In this document: one piece after another, positions 1 to 11,929 of the stretch
Layout: each line of letters starts with the position of its first letter
Numbering within the stretch: position 1 is the stretch's first letter
Origin: Chara braunii
Taxonomy: Eukaryota > Plantae > Charophyceae
Length of the DNA stretch: 64,000 nt
Assembly (NCBI GenBank): GCA_003427395.1
Contig: BFEA01000035.1
Location: 2,668,008-2,732,007, forward strand
Direction of reading: 5' to 3'
Made by a program: the position numbers and the translations under genes
Notes under the pieces: model-generated
The model's input: only the letters and a program-made list of their open reading frames with translations
Database searches by the model: none
What the model was told of the DNA's origin: nothing

Positions 1-1855
1 TAACCAAGACGCCTTGAATACCTTGGTGCCCTTAGCAAACCGTGCTAGGGCTCTGAAGAAAAGCGTCGGGGGGTAACCCCGACGCAAGAGTTCCTGCTTC
101 ATGGCTATCACCGGAAGGATGATCGCGCTTTCGTTGTTGGTCATCTGTTGAATACGGTGGAAACTCCCCATGATAGCTCCGATCTTGACTTTCTTGTCGG
201 AGCAAGAACAGAAGTCCTGGAAGCAACGAAACGTAAGCTGCGAACCCTGGTCGAGACAACTGTTCTTGACTTTCGGTTCCATAATGAACCGGATTCTTCC
301 CACCGTGATAGTGACCTGTGCACCGATGAAGTCAATCGTATTAGATTCATCATCAGTGCGCACGAGTACCAGCTTGCTTCCATAACACTTGTTGAACTTC
401 TCCAGGATCTGAATTGCCCTCTGTACAGATTCTTCCTTCCGTTGATGGAAGGCCACGACCAGTGACACATCATCCATGAATCTTACCCCATGCACTAGCC
501 GTCTGTCTCTCCCGAGGGACTTCAGAAACTCAACTTCATACTTCGCACAGAGCAGACAAGCCAATGGGGGACTGGAGTTCTTCCCCATGGGCACTCCGAC
601 CCTCTGCCTGTAGAGTTTCTCTTTGCAGGAAGTGTATGTATGCCGCAGCTTGAACGCAATAAAGCGTATCAACAACCGGAACTCCATTTTAACATACCTC
701 TTCCCGAACAACTTTGTTCCCAAGGAGACCAATTTCCTCCCCCTCCTGCTGACGATAATGCGGTGATAGCCTCTTCCTTCCCACTCCTCCAATAGCCAGC
801 GCACTGCTTCTATGATAGCTGCATGCGGCAAGGAGGTAAATATTTTTTTGATGTCAAACCCACCTCCAATCACCATCGTATTGTCACCGAACAGTTGGAG
901 TCTTTTCTCCGCTTGTTGTAAGTTCGGTTTGAGTTGCGCTGTGGCGATCAGGTTGAAGTGCGAGGAACCGGGGAGCTTGGCCAGCAAATAGTTTAGGGCC
1001 CTAGCCACCCACCGACTCCCTGTCTTCGTAGGCTCACTGCACGCAGGCGCAATCGGTCTCCACTTGGTAAGATCCTTGTGTTTGGGGAGGACATACGCCT
1101 TCCCAATGAGACCCTTGCTGTCCCAAGTTGCTAACTGCTCCAGTCCCAGTCCCTTGTAATCTTGCCTCATCTCCATTAATATCTCCTTCTCCTTGCTGAC
1201 AACTATATCGTAAGCAGTATTCCAAGTGAACATCATGTCCAGTCCACGCTCATAAACTATTGGACACATCACAGCCAAATCACCCGCATTTCTGTCCACC
1301 GGAGTAATGGCCAACTCCTGCAGATTTCTCTTAACCTCAATGACCGGATCTTCATCTGTGTCACTTCTCATGCTGCATCCGTCCGAAAAACAATTTTTAA
1401 GCTTGAGGTCTTGAAGGTGTTTTCCCACTCTGCCTCCCAACACCGATGTAAGTCCTTGCCAAAAGCTGTCCCTCAGCTCATTCAAGGTTGTCCCCAACTT
1501 TGGACGCAAAACGTTCTTACCATTGAGCGCCACTCGAGGTACGTGCTCCACGTCAGCAGTCCTGGTAAGAACATGCCCTTCAGTACGCGGTAAGTTGAAT
1601 CGTTCACAGGTGCAACTAAACTCCTCCCGTCGACTGAGCAACCTATGATTGCACAAAATATCGGAGACATTTCGGTTTCTCTGCCAGACAAATCTCAGCT
1701 TCCTGCTCAGTTTTCCTGCGATGGCAGGATGCAGTTCACAACTAGCGATCTTGCTAACCAATATATCTCTAACTTCTCGTTTCTTTATCTCCTTTCTGAA
1801 TTTGACCTTAACAGTGATCTTCCTCCTCAAATTAACACGAGCCTTCTTCTTGCCT
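1..1855 (-). CDS. Penelope-type reverse transcriptase (frame runs off the left edge, so absent from the ORF track)
   Basis: Manual translation gives LCNHR..CTC..LP..GH, PVDRNAG, AYVLPKHKDLTKWRPIA, FDIKKIFTSLPH (~859-824), RQRVGVPMGKNSSPPLA, RFMDD (FMDD at 480-469) and thumb motif LRRGYP. Confidence 0.9.
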
Positions 1856-1944
1856 AGTACGCTTGTTTTTGAAGGTTCTTTACAAGTTGACCTTACAAGA
1901 GTGCGATGGCAGGATGCAGTTCACAACAGTGACCTTCACATCCT

Positions 1945-2901
1945 TTATCGTCTTCCTAGTACCCTTGTTTTTGAAGGTTCCTGCACTACTATACAGGTGC
2001 ATGAGTTTATCGATAGACATACTGGATAACTCCGTACGCTTGAAGGCATTTCTAAAAGTTGACGCAGGTAACCCTTTCCTCTCTCCCTTGCCTTTTTAGT
2101 TAAAATAATAGGAGATACCCAAAACTGCCCTCCGGCTTCGAAAAACAGCTTAGCCTGCGCTAGCGCTATTTTACCGTCCTCCCCCACAACCGTGGATGAC
2201 CCAAACAACCTCTTCACAACAGCCCAATCCTCTCCCCAAACTTCAACACCTTCACTGTACAGATAAGTACTTTTCCTACCCTCTGCAAGCGCTGTTTGCA
2301 GAATGCAAGTAAGACTAGCATTTCCCACTGGTCTGCTCCGAGACCAAAACAACAGTATTCCCGCTTGTTTCTTCTGCACATGCGTGACAGTTTTCTTCTT
2401 TCCCCTTTCTCTCTTGCCTTTCCTCTTTTTCGTCTTGCCAGTCCTGCGTGTACCGATGGTGTTCAATGATGGTGAGAAGCGCTTGATTAACGATTTTTCT
2501 AAGTTGGCAATGCCTTCAACATCGGTAGTCGCGATTGGAATGACGACGTACTTTCCGCAGCCGAATTTCTCCAGCCAGTTGTAGAGAATCGGTGCTTTCT
2601 TGTTGTTTCTTGCTTCAACACATCTAATGTGTTCCCACCACCTTTCAGTCGCTCCTCTGATGGATCTTCCAATGTACGTCCTCTTACACCAAGGTGAAAC
2701 AAGGCAATAAACAACAGGCTGTTTCATGACGAACCAGTCCCAATTCTGCGGGACAATGTCAACGAGTTTCCTTGCCCAGGGTACTTGCCCACAAAACGTG
2801 AGCAAAACCGTTCCAGTTGCAAGCGCCTTCTCGATTGCCAACCTAAGTTTGACCAATCCGGCATGCCCCCACATAGCATCCCGTAGCTTGAGCAGCCCCA
2901 C
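1945..2901 (-). pseudogene. GIY-YIG endonuclease domain of the Penelope element (frameshifted from the RT)
   Basis: VVYCLVSPWCKRTYIGRS...RWWEH...LYNWL...LEKSLIKRFSPSLN matches the GIY-YIG motifs with Arg, Glu and Asn residues. The frame to the RT is broken near 1850-2100. Confidence 0.88.
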
Positions 2902-3911
2902 GATGGTGGTCCATGTCTGCTTTTCCGGGGGATGACACCATCATTGCGAGTGTTCCCCTTCGTAACGATCCGCCTCAGGCTGCAACTCCTCCAAGCCCTC
3001 ACCATTATCGCTGCTGACCAAACCGCCTGTTCCTTCGTCACATAAGTAATGCCTTTTCCGTCACAAATCTTCTTCACCTCTCGAAAATCCTTGCTCATAA
3101 GCCTCTCTCTAGTCTCTCATATCTCTTGCACGATGCCTGTCTTACTGCACGAGGCGCCCGTAGCCCTCGCAACGTTGGTTGGCGTCTGCACCGCAGTCTT
3201 CTTTCTCTGGCTCATTTCATATTCCTCCCTCGTCTGCAATCTTGCCTCCTCTTCATACTCGTCCAAGTCCCCAAACCTTCTAGCCGTCCGCTTGCCTCTT
3301 GTCTTCCTTGGCGGCAATTTCCTTCCTTCTTCCACGAGCGCATCTTCATCACGGAGGTCATTCTCGAAGTCGACGTCGAGCTTGCCTCTGTCTCTTTTCG
3401 GAGTTTTCCCATTCATCGCCAAGGTCAGTTTCACCTCTGTCCGGATCTCAGCTTTAAAAGCACGTAGATCCCTAGCAACTGCCGCAATTGTCCTCATCTC
3501 AGCCTCTTCCGCCAAACGTTTTACAGGCTCGGTCTCTTGGAAACATCTCCTCTCCATATCCGCAATCATCCGTTTCATCTGTTCATCCCTCTGCTCCTGC
3601 TCAAGCAGCATCTTCCTTCGCTCAGCCTCCCTCTTTCGTTTCTCTTCTTCCGCTACCTTTCTTTCCTCTTCTTCCTGCTGTTTCTTTATTTGGTGGTCTG
3701 TCCATTCCTTGATCCTTCGGAAATCTTCATCCTTCTGCTGCCTCGTTTGCCAATATGACGTGTTGCTGTTGAACGTACCTTGCCCTTTGCTCGCTGTACA
3801 TTCTCGGGCAAAGTGTCCTGTCTGCCCGCAGTTAAAGCACGTACCAGCGGGGTTTCCACTCGGTGTGCCCGCATTCGCCATGTCTCCCTCTCTTGTTCTT
3901 TCTCTTCCCAC
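2724..3911 (-). pseudogene. Gag-like ORF1: CCHC zinc knuckle, coiled coil, possible SAP-like helix pair; one in-frame TGA at 3119-3117
   Basis: CFNCGQTGHFAREC is CX2CX4HX4C, followed by an E/K/R-rich coiled coil. ORFs 3117..3911 and 2724..3098 are in the same frame (QEI*ETRERLMSKDFREVKKICDGKGITY..KEQAV). The true 3' end of the ORF is uncertain. Confidence 0.75.
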
Positions 3912-4234
3912 TCCCTCCCTCTCTCGCCCTTTCTATCTCCTTCTACGCGCTACTTTCCTATTCACAGTATCACGTGCTAGCCGTCCGTTGCCTACTAGAA
4001 GCCGTGCGTACAAGCTATTACCAGCCAACGCTCACGTTAAAACCTCACTGATCTACAATCTATGACACTAACCACTTGTCGACATAGCCACCAGTGTGAG
4101 TACACCCTCTTATCCGGTTACTACGCATCACAGAATAGTGAAAACAGTGGCCATAGACTGCTTCTCGTACAAGCATCGATATGTCATCATTACTTCTCCG
4201 CATGTACTGTTCTCAGCAAGAAAACGCGCATTAT

Positions 4235-4281
4235 CCCCGACGCGTTTCGGCCAGGCTGCGCTCCCGGCCTTCCTCAGGGGG
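4235..4281 (-). ncRNA. Type I hammerhead ribozyme
   Basis: Minus strand reads CCCC-CUGAGGA-A-GGCCGGG-AGCGCAG-CCUGGCC-GAAA-CGCG-UC-GGGG: full catalytic core, stem I CCCC/GGGG, 7-bp stem II, palindromic minimal stem III (ACGCGU). Predicted cleavage between 4239 and 4238. Confidence 0.93.
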
Positions 4282-5399
4282 CTTCTCCCAAAATCGCCTT
4301 GCGGCGCCACCTAACTTTTCGACCAAGTATCTGAGAATAGAGGGCTGACGACCTTACCCTCTTGTTTATAGTAATCACCTAGCTACAGTCCCAGTCACAC
4401 CCGCGTCGTCCTAGTCCGCTGCGTCATTCTGTTACGTATCGGCGCTATGCAGCGCGGAAATTTGAATTTCGAAGTTGCAGCCCGCCTGCAACAGATTTTC
4501 CCACCAAGTACCCTCACGGGTAATAGCACGGGAAGCGGCTCGCCCCAATATGTTCCCGGCCAGCTACACTGCCATGTTGGGCGACGTGCTTCGATATTCA
4601 TTGTACTATCAGCTTAATAGCCATACTCTAATCAGTCGTGCCAAGTCCTACTCCGCTATAAATTTCCAAGCTGAAAAGTACTATTAATTCCAAAAACCAG
4701 CAGCTTTCAGACTATTCCCGCGTGGCTCGCAAAACTGACAAAATCCCGCGTACTTCCCTGTAACAACCTGACGTGGACTACAAAAATTTCGCCACCCAAA
4801 ATTTCGAAATTGGAATTGACATCAGCCCGCCTTTCCTGACCCATTGCAGAGGTGGAACTACCTGCCCGTTGGACCCAGCTCCTCCGACATAATTTCATCG
4901 AAATCCTCAAGGTTCCCCGATAGTCTTTAGTAGGGGCATCCCCAAGTAAGGACTTCCTAATTACAATTTAGTCCTGGCCAGCGGATTAATTGCAAACCAG
5001 TACTTTCCGTACTATTTGCCAAACTAGGTCTAGGACAGGCCTAGGCTTTCCACACTGCCCAGGTGGACAGTGAGGACCTGAAAAAACGTAGTACAGAAGT
5101 CCAGAAAAATTACGGCGAAATATACAGCCTATAATTACACTTCCGATACGTGAAAATTTACTGCACCATCGTAATTAATTTATTTACTGCTTACAGATAA
5201 TTACATAAAATTACAAATATACACGCTACTCCCTATACAGCCGCGCCATTTTGATTCTCCGTGCCAGCATACCAGGCACTCAAGAAGTCTTAACCAAGAC
5301 GCCTTGAATGCCTTGGTGCCCTTAGCAAACCGTGCTAGGGCTCTGAAGAAAAAGAAGAAAAGGGGAGTGACAAAGACAAGGGAAGAGGTGACGAGAACG

Positions 5400-6600
5400 A
5401 AGACGAGGACTACAAGGGAGATGGAGGTGAAGGCAAGAGCAGAGGCAGCGTGGCACTCATAGACACGGCCGCGGTCATTTTCACCACAAAGTTGTAGTGG
5501 TCATCGTCTCTATAGTTGTGGCGGTCTTCGTTCCCCGTAGTGATGCTTGCCCGTAACGGACGTGCTTCGACGCAGCTTCGTGGCGTTGAGGTCTTCATCC
5601 TGGCAATTTGGCATTTCTTCCCCCGTCGAATGCGACTGAAACTGGCCGTACTGACAACCAGATGCGTTCATGTGACTAGTGGGCTGCGCATTACGTAAGT
5701 GGAAGTGAGGGAAACGGCGGAATGGCAGAAGAGACGTGGAGAAGACAACAGTGAAGGGAGAGTAGGGGTAACCGTTAGAAAGGAGAGGCGTTTTATTTAT
5801 TTTATTTTATTTATTTATTTTATTTTTGTGGTCCGATGAGTAGGAAGGCGAAGTAGGCGCAGCGAGGGAAAAGTGAAAGAAAAGAGCGGAGAGGCTGGTT
5901 GATTCTGGGTATAGGATTGTACTACGTACATAGAGAGGATGGAATAATAATAGTGTAAAAAAAAAAAAAAAAGGATGTATCTTCCCACGTTCTAGCGGGA
6001 GATTCATCCTCGAATCTCGTGAAGGCCTTCTTCCTCGTCGGGCGTGTACCTCTACATGTTCTAGCAGAAGATTCATTCTCATTTTGCACATGTGATGAGG
6101 GGCGATCGCACTGCTCCCCGACATCGTTATGTTGTTCGGCGTGGTTGAGATCACGGTCACCGTGCTGATCGTCCAGATCCCGGCCTGGCTCCTCGTGGTG
6201 ATGGCGATCCCTACGGTGCTCGTCCTCACGTCCATCATCGTGGCGGTCGTCACTTTCGAATCGCTCGTCATGCATGCTGTGGTGGTGCATGCCATCTCGC
6301 TGGTGGTGATCCTCCAGGGACTACTCCTCATAATCGACATTTGCGCCCCGGCGGTCGTCATCCTCGTTTTGGTAGTGCGATTCGTCCCGATGGTCTCTGT
6401 GATGGTACGCCTCGCCCCAGTGGTCTTCATCCGGACGAGCTAGCTTTCTTCCTGGCCTGGGATTGAATCTGGCCGTACTAACGGCCAGGTACTTTTATAC
6501 CGCAGCCTTTGCAGCAATAGAGAGCGAGAGGGAGAAGATGGAGATACGGAGAGAGGAGTGGCATGCTCGATCGAGCAAAAGGAGAAGCGAGTCCGTATGT

Positions 6601-6690
<90 letters not shown>

Positions 6691-7489
6691 CCTCCCTGTT
6701 CGCCGCGATTCCCCCCTCGGTCGGCATGGTGGTCGTCGTGGTTTTCATCGTGGTTTTCGTTGTCGTCAAGGCGGATATCCTATCCGTCCTCATCGTGAAG
6801 TTGGCCATCGTCGTTATCTCGTTGTAGTCATCCCGATCCCGTCCTTGCTCCTCGTCGTGATTCCACTTACAGGGGCGCCGCACTTGGCCAGGATCTTGTG
6901 GAAGATTCGTTGCACGCTTGCTCGCCGTATCTCCCATGTTCTAGGGGACGAGTCATTCCCATTTTTGATCCGATAGCGGGCGCAGCAGCCAGCGGGACAA
7001 ACACCTGGCGTGCATTGGCCCAGGTTCTAGCGGAAGGTTCAATCTCATTTTGCACATTTGGTGAGCAGTGGAACGTGACCCATCATCAAGCCCTCCAGCG
7101 CATCGTTGTAATGTCCATCATCGAGACCAAGGTGTGATCCTCGTTGTTGGGATCGGGGGGGGTTGGTGGACGTGTTCTCCGTGCTGCTTTTCGTGATAGT
7201 CGTGGTCGTCGTTTTTTCGCCACGAGTGATCGCACGGTGCTGCTCATGTGGTTCGTCCTGGTGGTTTTCGCGGTCATCATCTTGATTGCAGTAATCTGCT
7301 CTTCGTCGAGCTTGGTGGTGGTGATATTCGAAATCGTGTCTGCAGCAGCGGCAGCAGCACAACTTAGGTATCGTGATCCTGCTCGTGCTTATCTTCGTGG
7401 TCCTCGTCTCCATTCCCGGTGGTGCTCGTCATTCGGGTCGGCCATACTTCGCACGGGTGGGTGGCTTACTCCTGAAAGATGCGCGCGCA

Positions 7490-7550
<61 letters not shown>

Positions 7551-7950
7551 GGAGTAAGTAGGGGGTGAAGGTACTTACCTGGTAGTTGTGTGCCTGCTTA
7601 CTTGGTCTATCTTTAACGTGCGCGTATCTGGATGACCTTGCGGCTAGGTGCATTCATGCACTGAGAGAGGGAGAACCGGTGCAGGGAAACTGACAAAGGC
7701 GAGCTGTGGGAAGAAGAGGGTTGACAGGAAAAGGAGGAGATGCGTTCATCCTGGGTAATCGTTATGGCGGTGTACCTTTCCATGTTCTAGCGGAAGATTC
7801 ACTCTTCTTAAGGTGCTAGTGGTGACTCTGGTGAGTAGCCCAGCGAGGCCGATTAGCCGTACACTGCAGCCTGTCATCATGATCGTCTTCGTCAAGATCG
7901 AAGGCTCGATAGATGTCATCATGCTGTTCTTCGTGATGATCATGCTCATT
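5400..7950. repeat. Degenerate low-complexity repeat region with (GT)n/(GA)n microsatellites and a recurring GTTCTAGCGGRAGATTCA motif
   Basis: (TCG/TCA/TGG)-rich tracts; microsatellites at ~6600-6686 and ~7492-7545; motif copies near 5989, 6058, 6937, 7024 and 7784. Confidence 0.55.
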
Positions 7951-9310
7951 GAGTCATTGAGATGTTCATCATGCCATTTGTCTCCAGCCCAAGCTTGCTG
8001 CAACTTTTGCCTGTTGTCTCCAGCCCAAGCTTGCTGCAACTTTTCAGCGGGTGTTGCCCTGTCCTTCACCTCAAGGCTGCTATTTTGAAGAGGTCTGCTG
8101 CTACAGTCCGCAGATTGCTGCTGTTTTCATAACAAGGCGGCTGTTGTTACATCAGGCGAGCTGTTGCTAGTCTGCAAAACAGTGCTGCTATCTTTTGGAG
8201 TTCAAGTTGCAGTTTCTTTTTTCAGACAGTTTCCGTAGTTCCTACGTAGTAAGGATTGACAGGTTATGGACTCTTCACTGGATCTTTGGTGTTGGGAGCC
8301 GGTGTTGCTAGTACGGTGATGGTGATTGGTTGGCAATGAGGTCAGCGTTGCGGTTGCGGTTGTTGAGGCTGGTGTTGTTGATTGGTGTTACTAAGGCTGG
8401 TGCTGGTACTATTGTCAGCAGCGGCAGACTGTTGCTGGCGTGTGATCAGGCATTGGTTGCAGTTGTTTTCAGCACCAACGGACTGCCTCTTGCTGCAGTT
8501 GGTTGGCCGCTCAATTGAGGAGATAGCAAGCGGTCCAAATTACGGCCGCAACTGAGAGTTGGAGGTTGGCCGCGACTGAGAGTTGGAGGTTGTCATTGCC
8601 GCTCGAATTGTGACCATGCTGCAGCATCTGCGACCGTCGATTTCAAGTTCTGCGATTCGCGACCATTGCGGGACCCTTCGAATCTGAAGGGAACAAGGTC
8701 CTCTCCACATGAGTCTTAGGGTACCCTTCCTAGTCTTGAGCGACTAAATTTACTCCCTTTACCCTTCTTACTCTAAGTCTAATCTGTGGTGCGGGAGAGG
8801 AAGGCATCAGGTGGGATTGCAACCCATAAAACCGCAGCAAGGCCATGTGGGGGGCTCGTCCACTGATTGCGGGAGCTCTGTCAGAGCCCAAGCAAGGTTC
8901 TGGAGCCAGGGAGCACTCAGGTATACAGACGTCTTATGTGTGTGATACCGTATTCCCTTGGTTGTACTACTCTCTAGTCCGCCTGCGAGTATGACTGAAA
9001 ATACTTATTCTTTTACTTCAACTATTTCATGATTTTAAAACCGAAAATAAATTATTCATGTATGAAGTTCAAATGATTTTGCATGAAAACAGAGAGAATA
9101 CACGAGGGAGGGGTGGCAAAAAGGTTAGTTTTACTTGTGTTTGACAGGGTCAACCAAAGGTTGAGCACATTCTAAGTGTGTCGGCTCAGTGCTATATTTC
9201 TTTTTTGTTTGTTGGGCTGTCTGCTCGACTCTTAGAGGTTGGACCTATCTTGACTCTTGAGTAGGCGGTCCGGTGGCATGTTTTTTCAAGGGTTTCTGAA
9301 CGGAGGATGG

Positions 9311-10290
9311 ATCCCATAAGTTGGGTGTTTACATTCCCTATCTTTCTTTTGTTCTTGGACAAAATTTGGCACATTCTAAGTCCGTGGATCCAGTTCTGTG
9401 TTTGTACCCCATAAGTTAGGATGACCTTGTCATGAGCCGTGAACTTAAAAATGAACTGAACTATGAAACTTAAGATTATGTATGTTACATGTATTATTTA
9501 GCAGACTGCACTGCCCTAAGTGAGAGGTTGAGTCAATAAGCTAGTTAGAAGAAACAAAGTAGAAAATGATAAAATTTATAATATAATATTAAGTTATTAA
9601 CAGGTAAGTTGAGGTAACCTCAGGCAGGTTGAACTTATCCATAAGTTGAAAGATCCGGTCGTATGCCCGCAACAACAAAATACGCAGCAATTTAATATAA
9701 CATTGTCTATTAAACATAATTGAAACAGGGGTGAACACTTCTTAAAAGTTGGGCGGTCGAATCGTATGTCTTGAACAGAGAAGAAAGTTGTGAAACTAAC
9801 TATTAAATGTTGTGGTTGTTGCCTACACTGGACTACCCCATAAGTAGGGGCGGTCTGGTCATACCCAGTATGTTTTTGTCCAGGTAGGCTAAGCCTATCC
9901 ATAAGTTGGGCGGTCTAGTTTTATGCCATATGTGGTTAATTGGGTTGGCTAGATGCATCATATAAGGCGGTCTAGTCACATACCTCATCTCGTTGCTCAG
10001 GCAGATACTAAACATCCTCATGAGTTGGGGTGATCCAATTATCTGTCATATGTTAATTGTTTAGGCTGACTAGACGTACCCCATAAATTGGGGCGGTCTA
10101 ACTAGACGCCTTATGTCATTTGTCTAAGGTGAGACAAAGCTTACCCAATAAGTTGGGTTGGCTTAGTCATGTGCATTATGTTTATCATTTAAACAGGTTA
10201 GGCGTACCCATAAGTTACGATGGTCTAGTCCGACTAGTCGCATATTTTAGGCAGGTCAGATGTACTCATAAGTTGGGCCGGCCTGATCCT
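9311..10290 (+). repeat. Array of conserved core CCATAAGTTGGGCGGTCTAG with diverged spacers (~12 units, ~60-bp period in the 3' half)
   Basis: Cores at ~9314, 9409, 9639, 9742, 9838, 9899, 9959, 10018, 10081, 10146, 10208 and 10266. Confidence 0.85.
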
Positions 10291-10325
10291 ATGCTTTATG
10301 TAAGAAAGGGTAAAAGAGTTTAAAC

Positions 10326-10799
10326 TACCACTACCCCCGCCGACCTAAATTCGGTTTTCCTAGCAGTACAGAGCGGGTTCTTACGAGGAGCGACGACCGA
10401 CAGGTGCAGACGGGGCCGATCCAAGGATTTTCAAATGCCAACTTTGGTGATTTTTCGCGCTCATAACCGTGAAATAAATGTTGCGCCGTTTCGTCGCATT
10501 TTCATTTTTGCCACTCTACCACGTGTGGCTTAACGGGAAAAGTACCCCAACTTTCGCGATGTTTTGCGCTAAGGAAGATGACTCAAAAACTCTCAGAATT
10601 TTAGGGTTTTGTAGATTTGGTCATCATCTTTATAGAAAAAAATATAATAAATTTTAATCGCAAAATAAATCTCGGGGGCAATTCGATGCATTTTTGAATT
10701 TTGTCACTTCGCCAGTTCCCCCCATTGTGCTACCGGTAGCCCTCATGGACTTGCGCTACCGGTTCCCTCTAATTCATGATAACGGGGATAGTAGTGGTA
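10326..10799. mobile_element. Short non-autonomous TIR element (MITE-like); homologous copy at ~62930-63250
   Basis: Inverted ends TACCACTAC(ccccg)...(cgggga)ta-GTAGTGGTA. Internal blocks aacgggaaaagtacccc, gtagatttggtcat and cctcatggac...gctaccggt recur at 62970-63220. Confidence 0.55.
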
Positions 10800-11599
10800 C
10801 TAGTGGTTTTGAAAATCGAATGAGCTAAGTATTTTGATAACTTGAAATAATTTGAGTGTTGGTGACAGATATTATCATGCTTACTTGTGTGTTTGTGAGT
10901 TTTTTTTAGGGGCGTGTTTTTGATAGCTTAGTCGTTGAGATGCTCGCCAAGTATTCGAATGATAGATAGAGTACTGACGGTCGGAGGAGGGAGTTTGAGA
11001 TAAGATAGGATGACCTTACCGACAGTCAAAAGTATAGTTAGTTCGTTGTCGGTGCGAATACCCTTACAAGGGTATCCGCCCTGGTTTTTGCAAATAGCAG
11101 GGAAGTAGGTTTGGTTTAAAGTCTAAGTATACCGCACGAGGCGCGACCGAGTCTATGGTTTACATTGACTGAGTAGCTGATTAGAGTAGAGAGTGTGTGG
11201 GCGCGTAGACTTAAGGCGCGCGTGATTTCTTTTTATCTTGATGAATGGAGTGCCGGCGTGGGCGCCGGCCAAATTTTTAATTTCTGATTGAACTAGGACT
11301 AAATAGATTTTGTCGTTTGACTAGTAGGCTTACCGGTGACTTGTGCGCACGTGTGGAGGGTGGCGTCAACAACAAGTATGACTTTTGAAAGCACTTCGGT
11401 AAGTTGTCGCATCGCGCAGTGCCTCTTTATTTAGGCATCCGTCAGAGTTAAACCCAGACCCAGGCCTAACTCTATTGGTTACAGCGCCGGACTCTCATCA
11501 AAAGAGATTCAGGGATCGAGATCAAGCGGCGACGACGTAGGAATATCAAAATAGCGTGGGGGGGGGGGGGGGGCTACCTCCTCCGGGGTTTTGTCTGGA

Positions 11600-11690
11600 A
11601 CAAAGGGCCGAATCTCAACAGATCGTGACGACAAGGCCACTCTACTGCTTACAACACCCCGTTCCCTGTCTAAGTCGTCTGCAAAGGGTT
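11600..11690 (-). pseudogene. Fragment of the 3' end of cytosolic LSU (25-28S) rRNA
   Basis: Reverse complement CCTTTGCAGACGACTTAGACAGGGAACGGGGTGTTGTAAGCAGTAGAGTGGCCTTGTCGTCACGATCTGTTGAGATTCGGCCCTTTG matches the conserved eukaryotic LSU 3'-terminal domain as I recall it. Confidence 0.88.
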
Positions 11691-11712
11691 TTGCGGGAAG
11701 ATTCGTTTCTCG

Positions 11713-11770
<58 letters not shown>

Positions 11771-11929
11771 AGGGGGGGGGGGGGGGGGGGGGGGGCAACG
11801 GGGCTAGTCCCCTTGTTTTTGCGGTCGGCAGAGTCGGGGCAGTATTAGTGGCGACCGTCGTCTTCTGATGATTAAAACTTCCAAGTATTCAATTTTATTT
11901 TTTTCGTCACTATTATTTAGTTTTATGTT

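Larger units (their letters stand above)
1..5352 (-). mobile_element. Penelope-like retroelement with N-terminal GIY-YIG endonuclease (Chlamys/Naiad-type domain order); continues beyond the window start
   Basis: Minus-strand order is pseudo-LTR with hammerhead ribozyme, CCHC ORF, GIY-YIG, then RT. Bases 1-62 are repeated at ~5292-5352, so the 5' end begins with a copy of the RT C-terminal coding region, as expected for a partial tandem Penelope insertion. Confidence 0.9.

Noticed and set aside
28-90. CTGAAGA with adjacent hairpins as a second hammerhead
   Set aside because: No GAAA/UH core in the right place, wrong strand, and the sequence is RT coding (LRRGYP).
3117-3119. In-frame TGA in Penelope ORF1 as selenocysteine or programmed read-through
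   Set aside because: Context QEI*ETRERL fits a CGA>TGA deamination, it is not at a Cys-like position, no SECIS was identified, and the element has other lesions.
3049-4065. 338-aa plus-strand ORF
   Set aside because: Ser/Leu/Phe-rich antisense shadow of the Gag-like ORF.
7571-7582. TACTTACCTGG as U1 snRNA 5' end (also ATCTTTGCGCTT at ~42423 as U4)
   Set aside because: Similarity stops after 11-12 nt.
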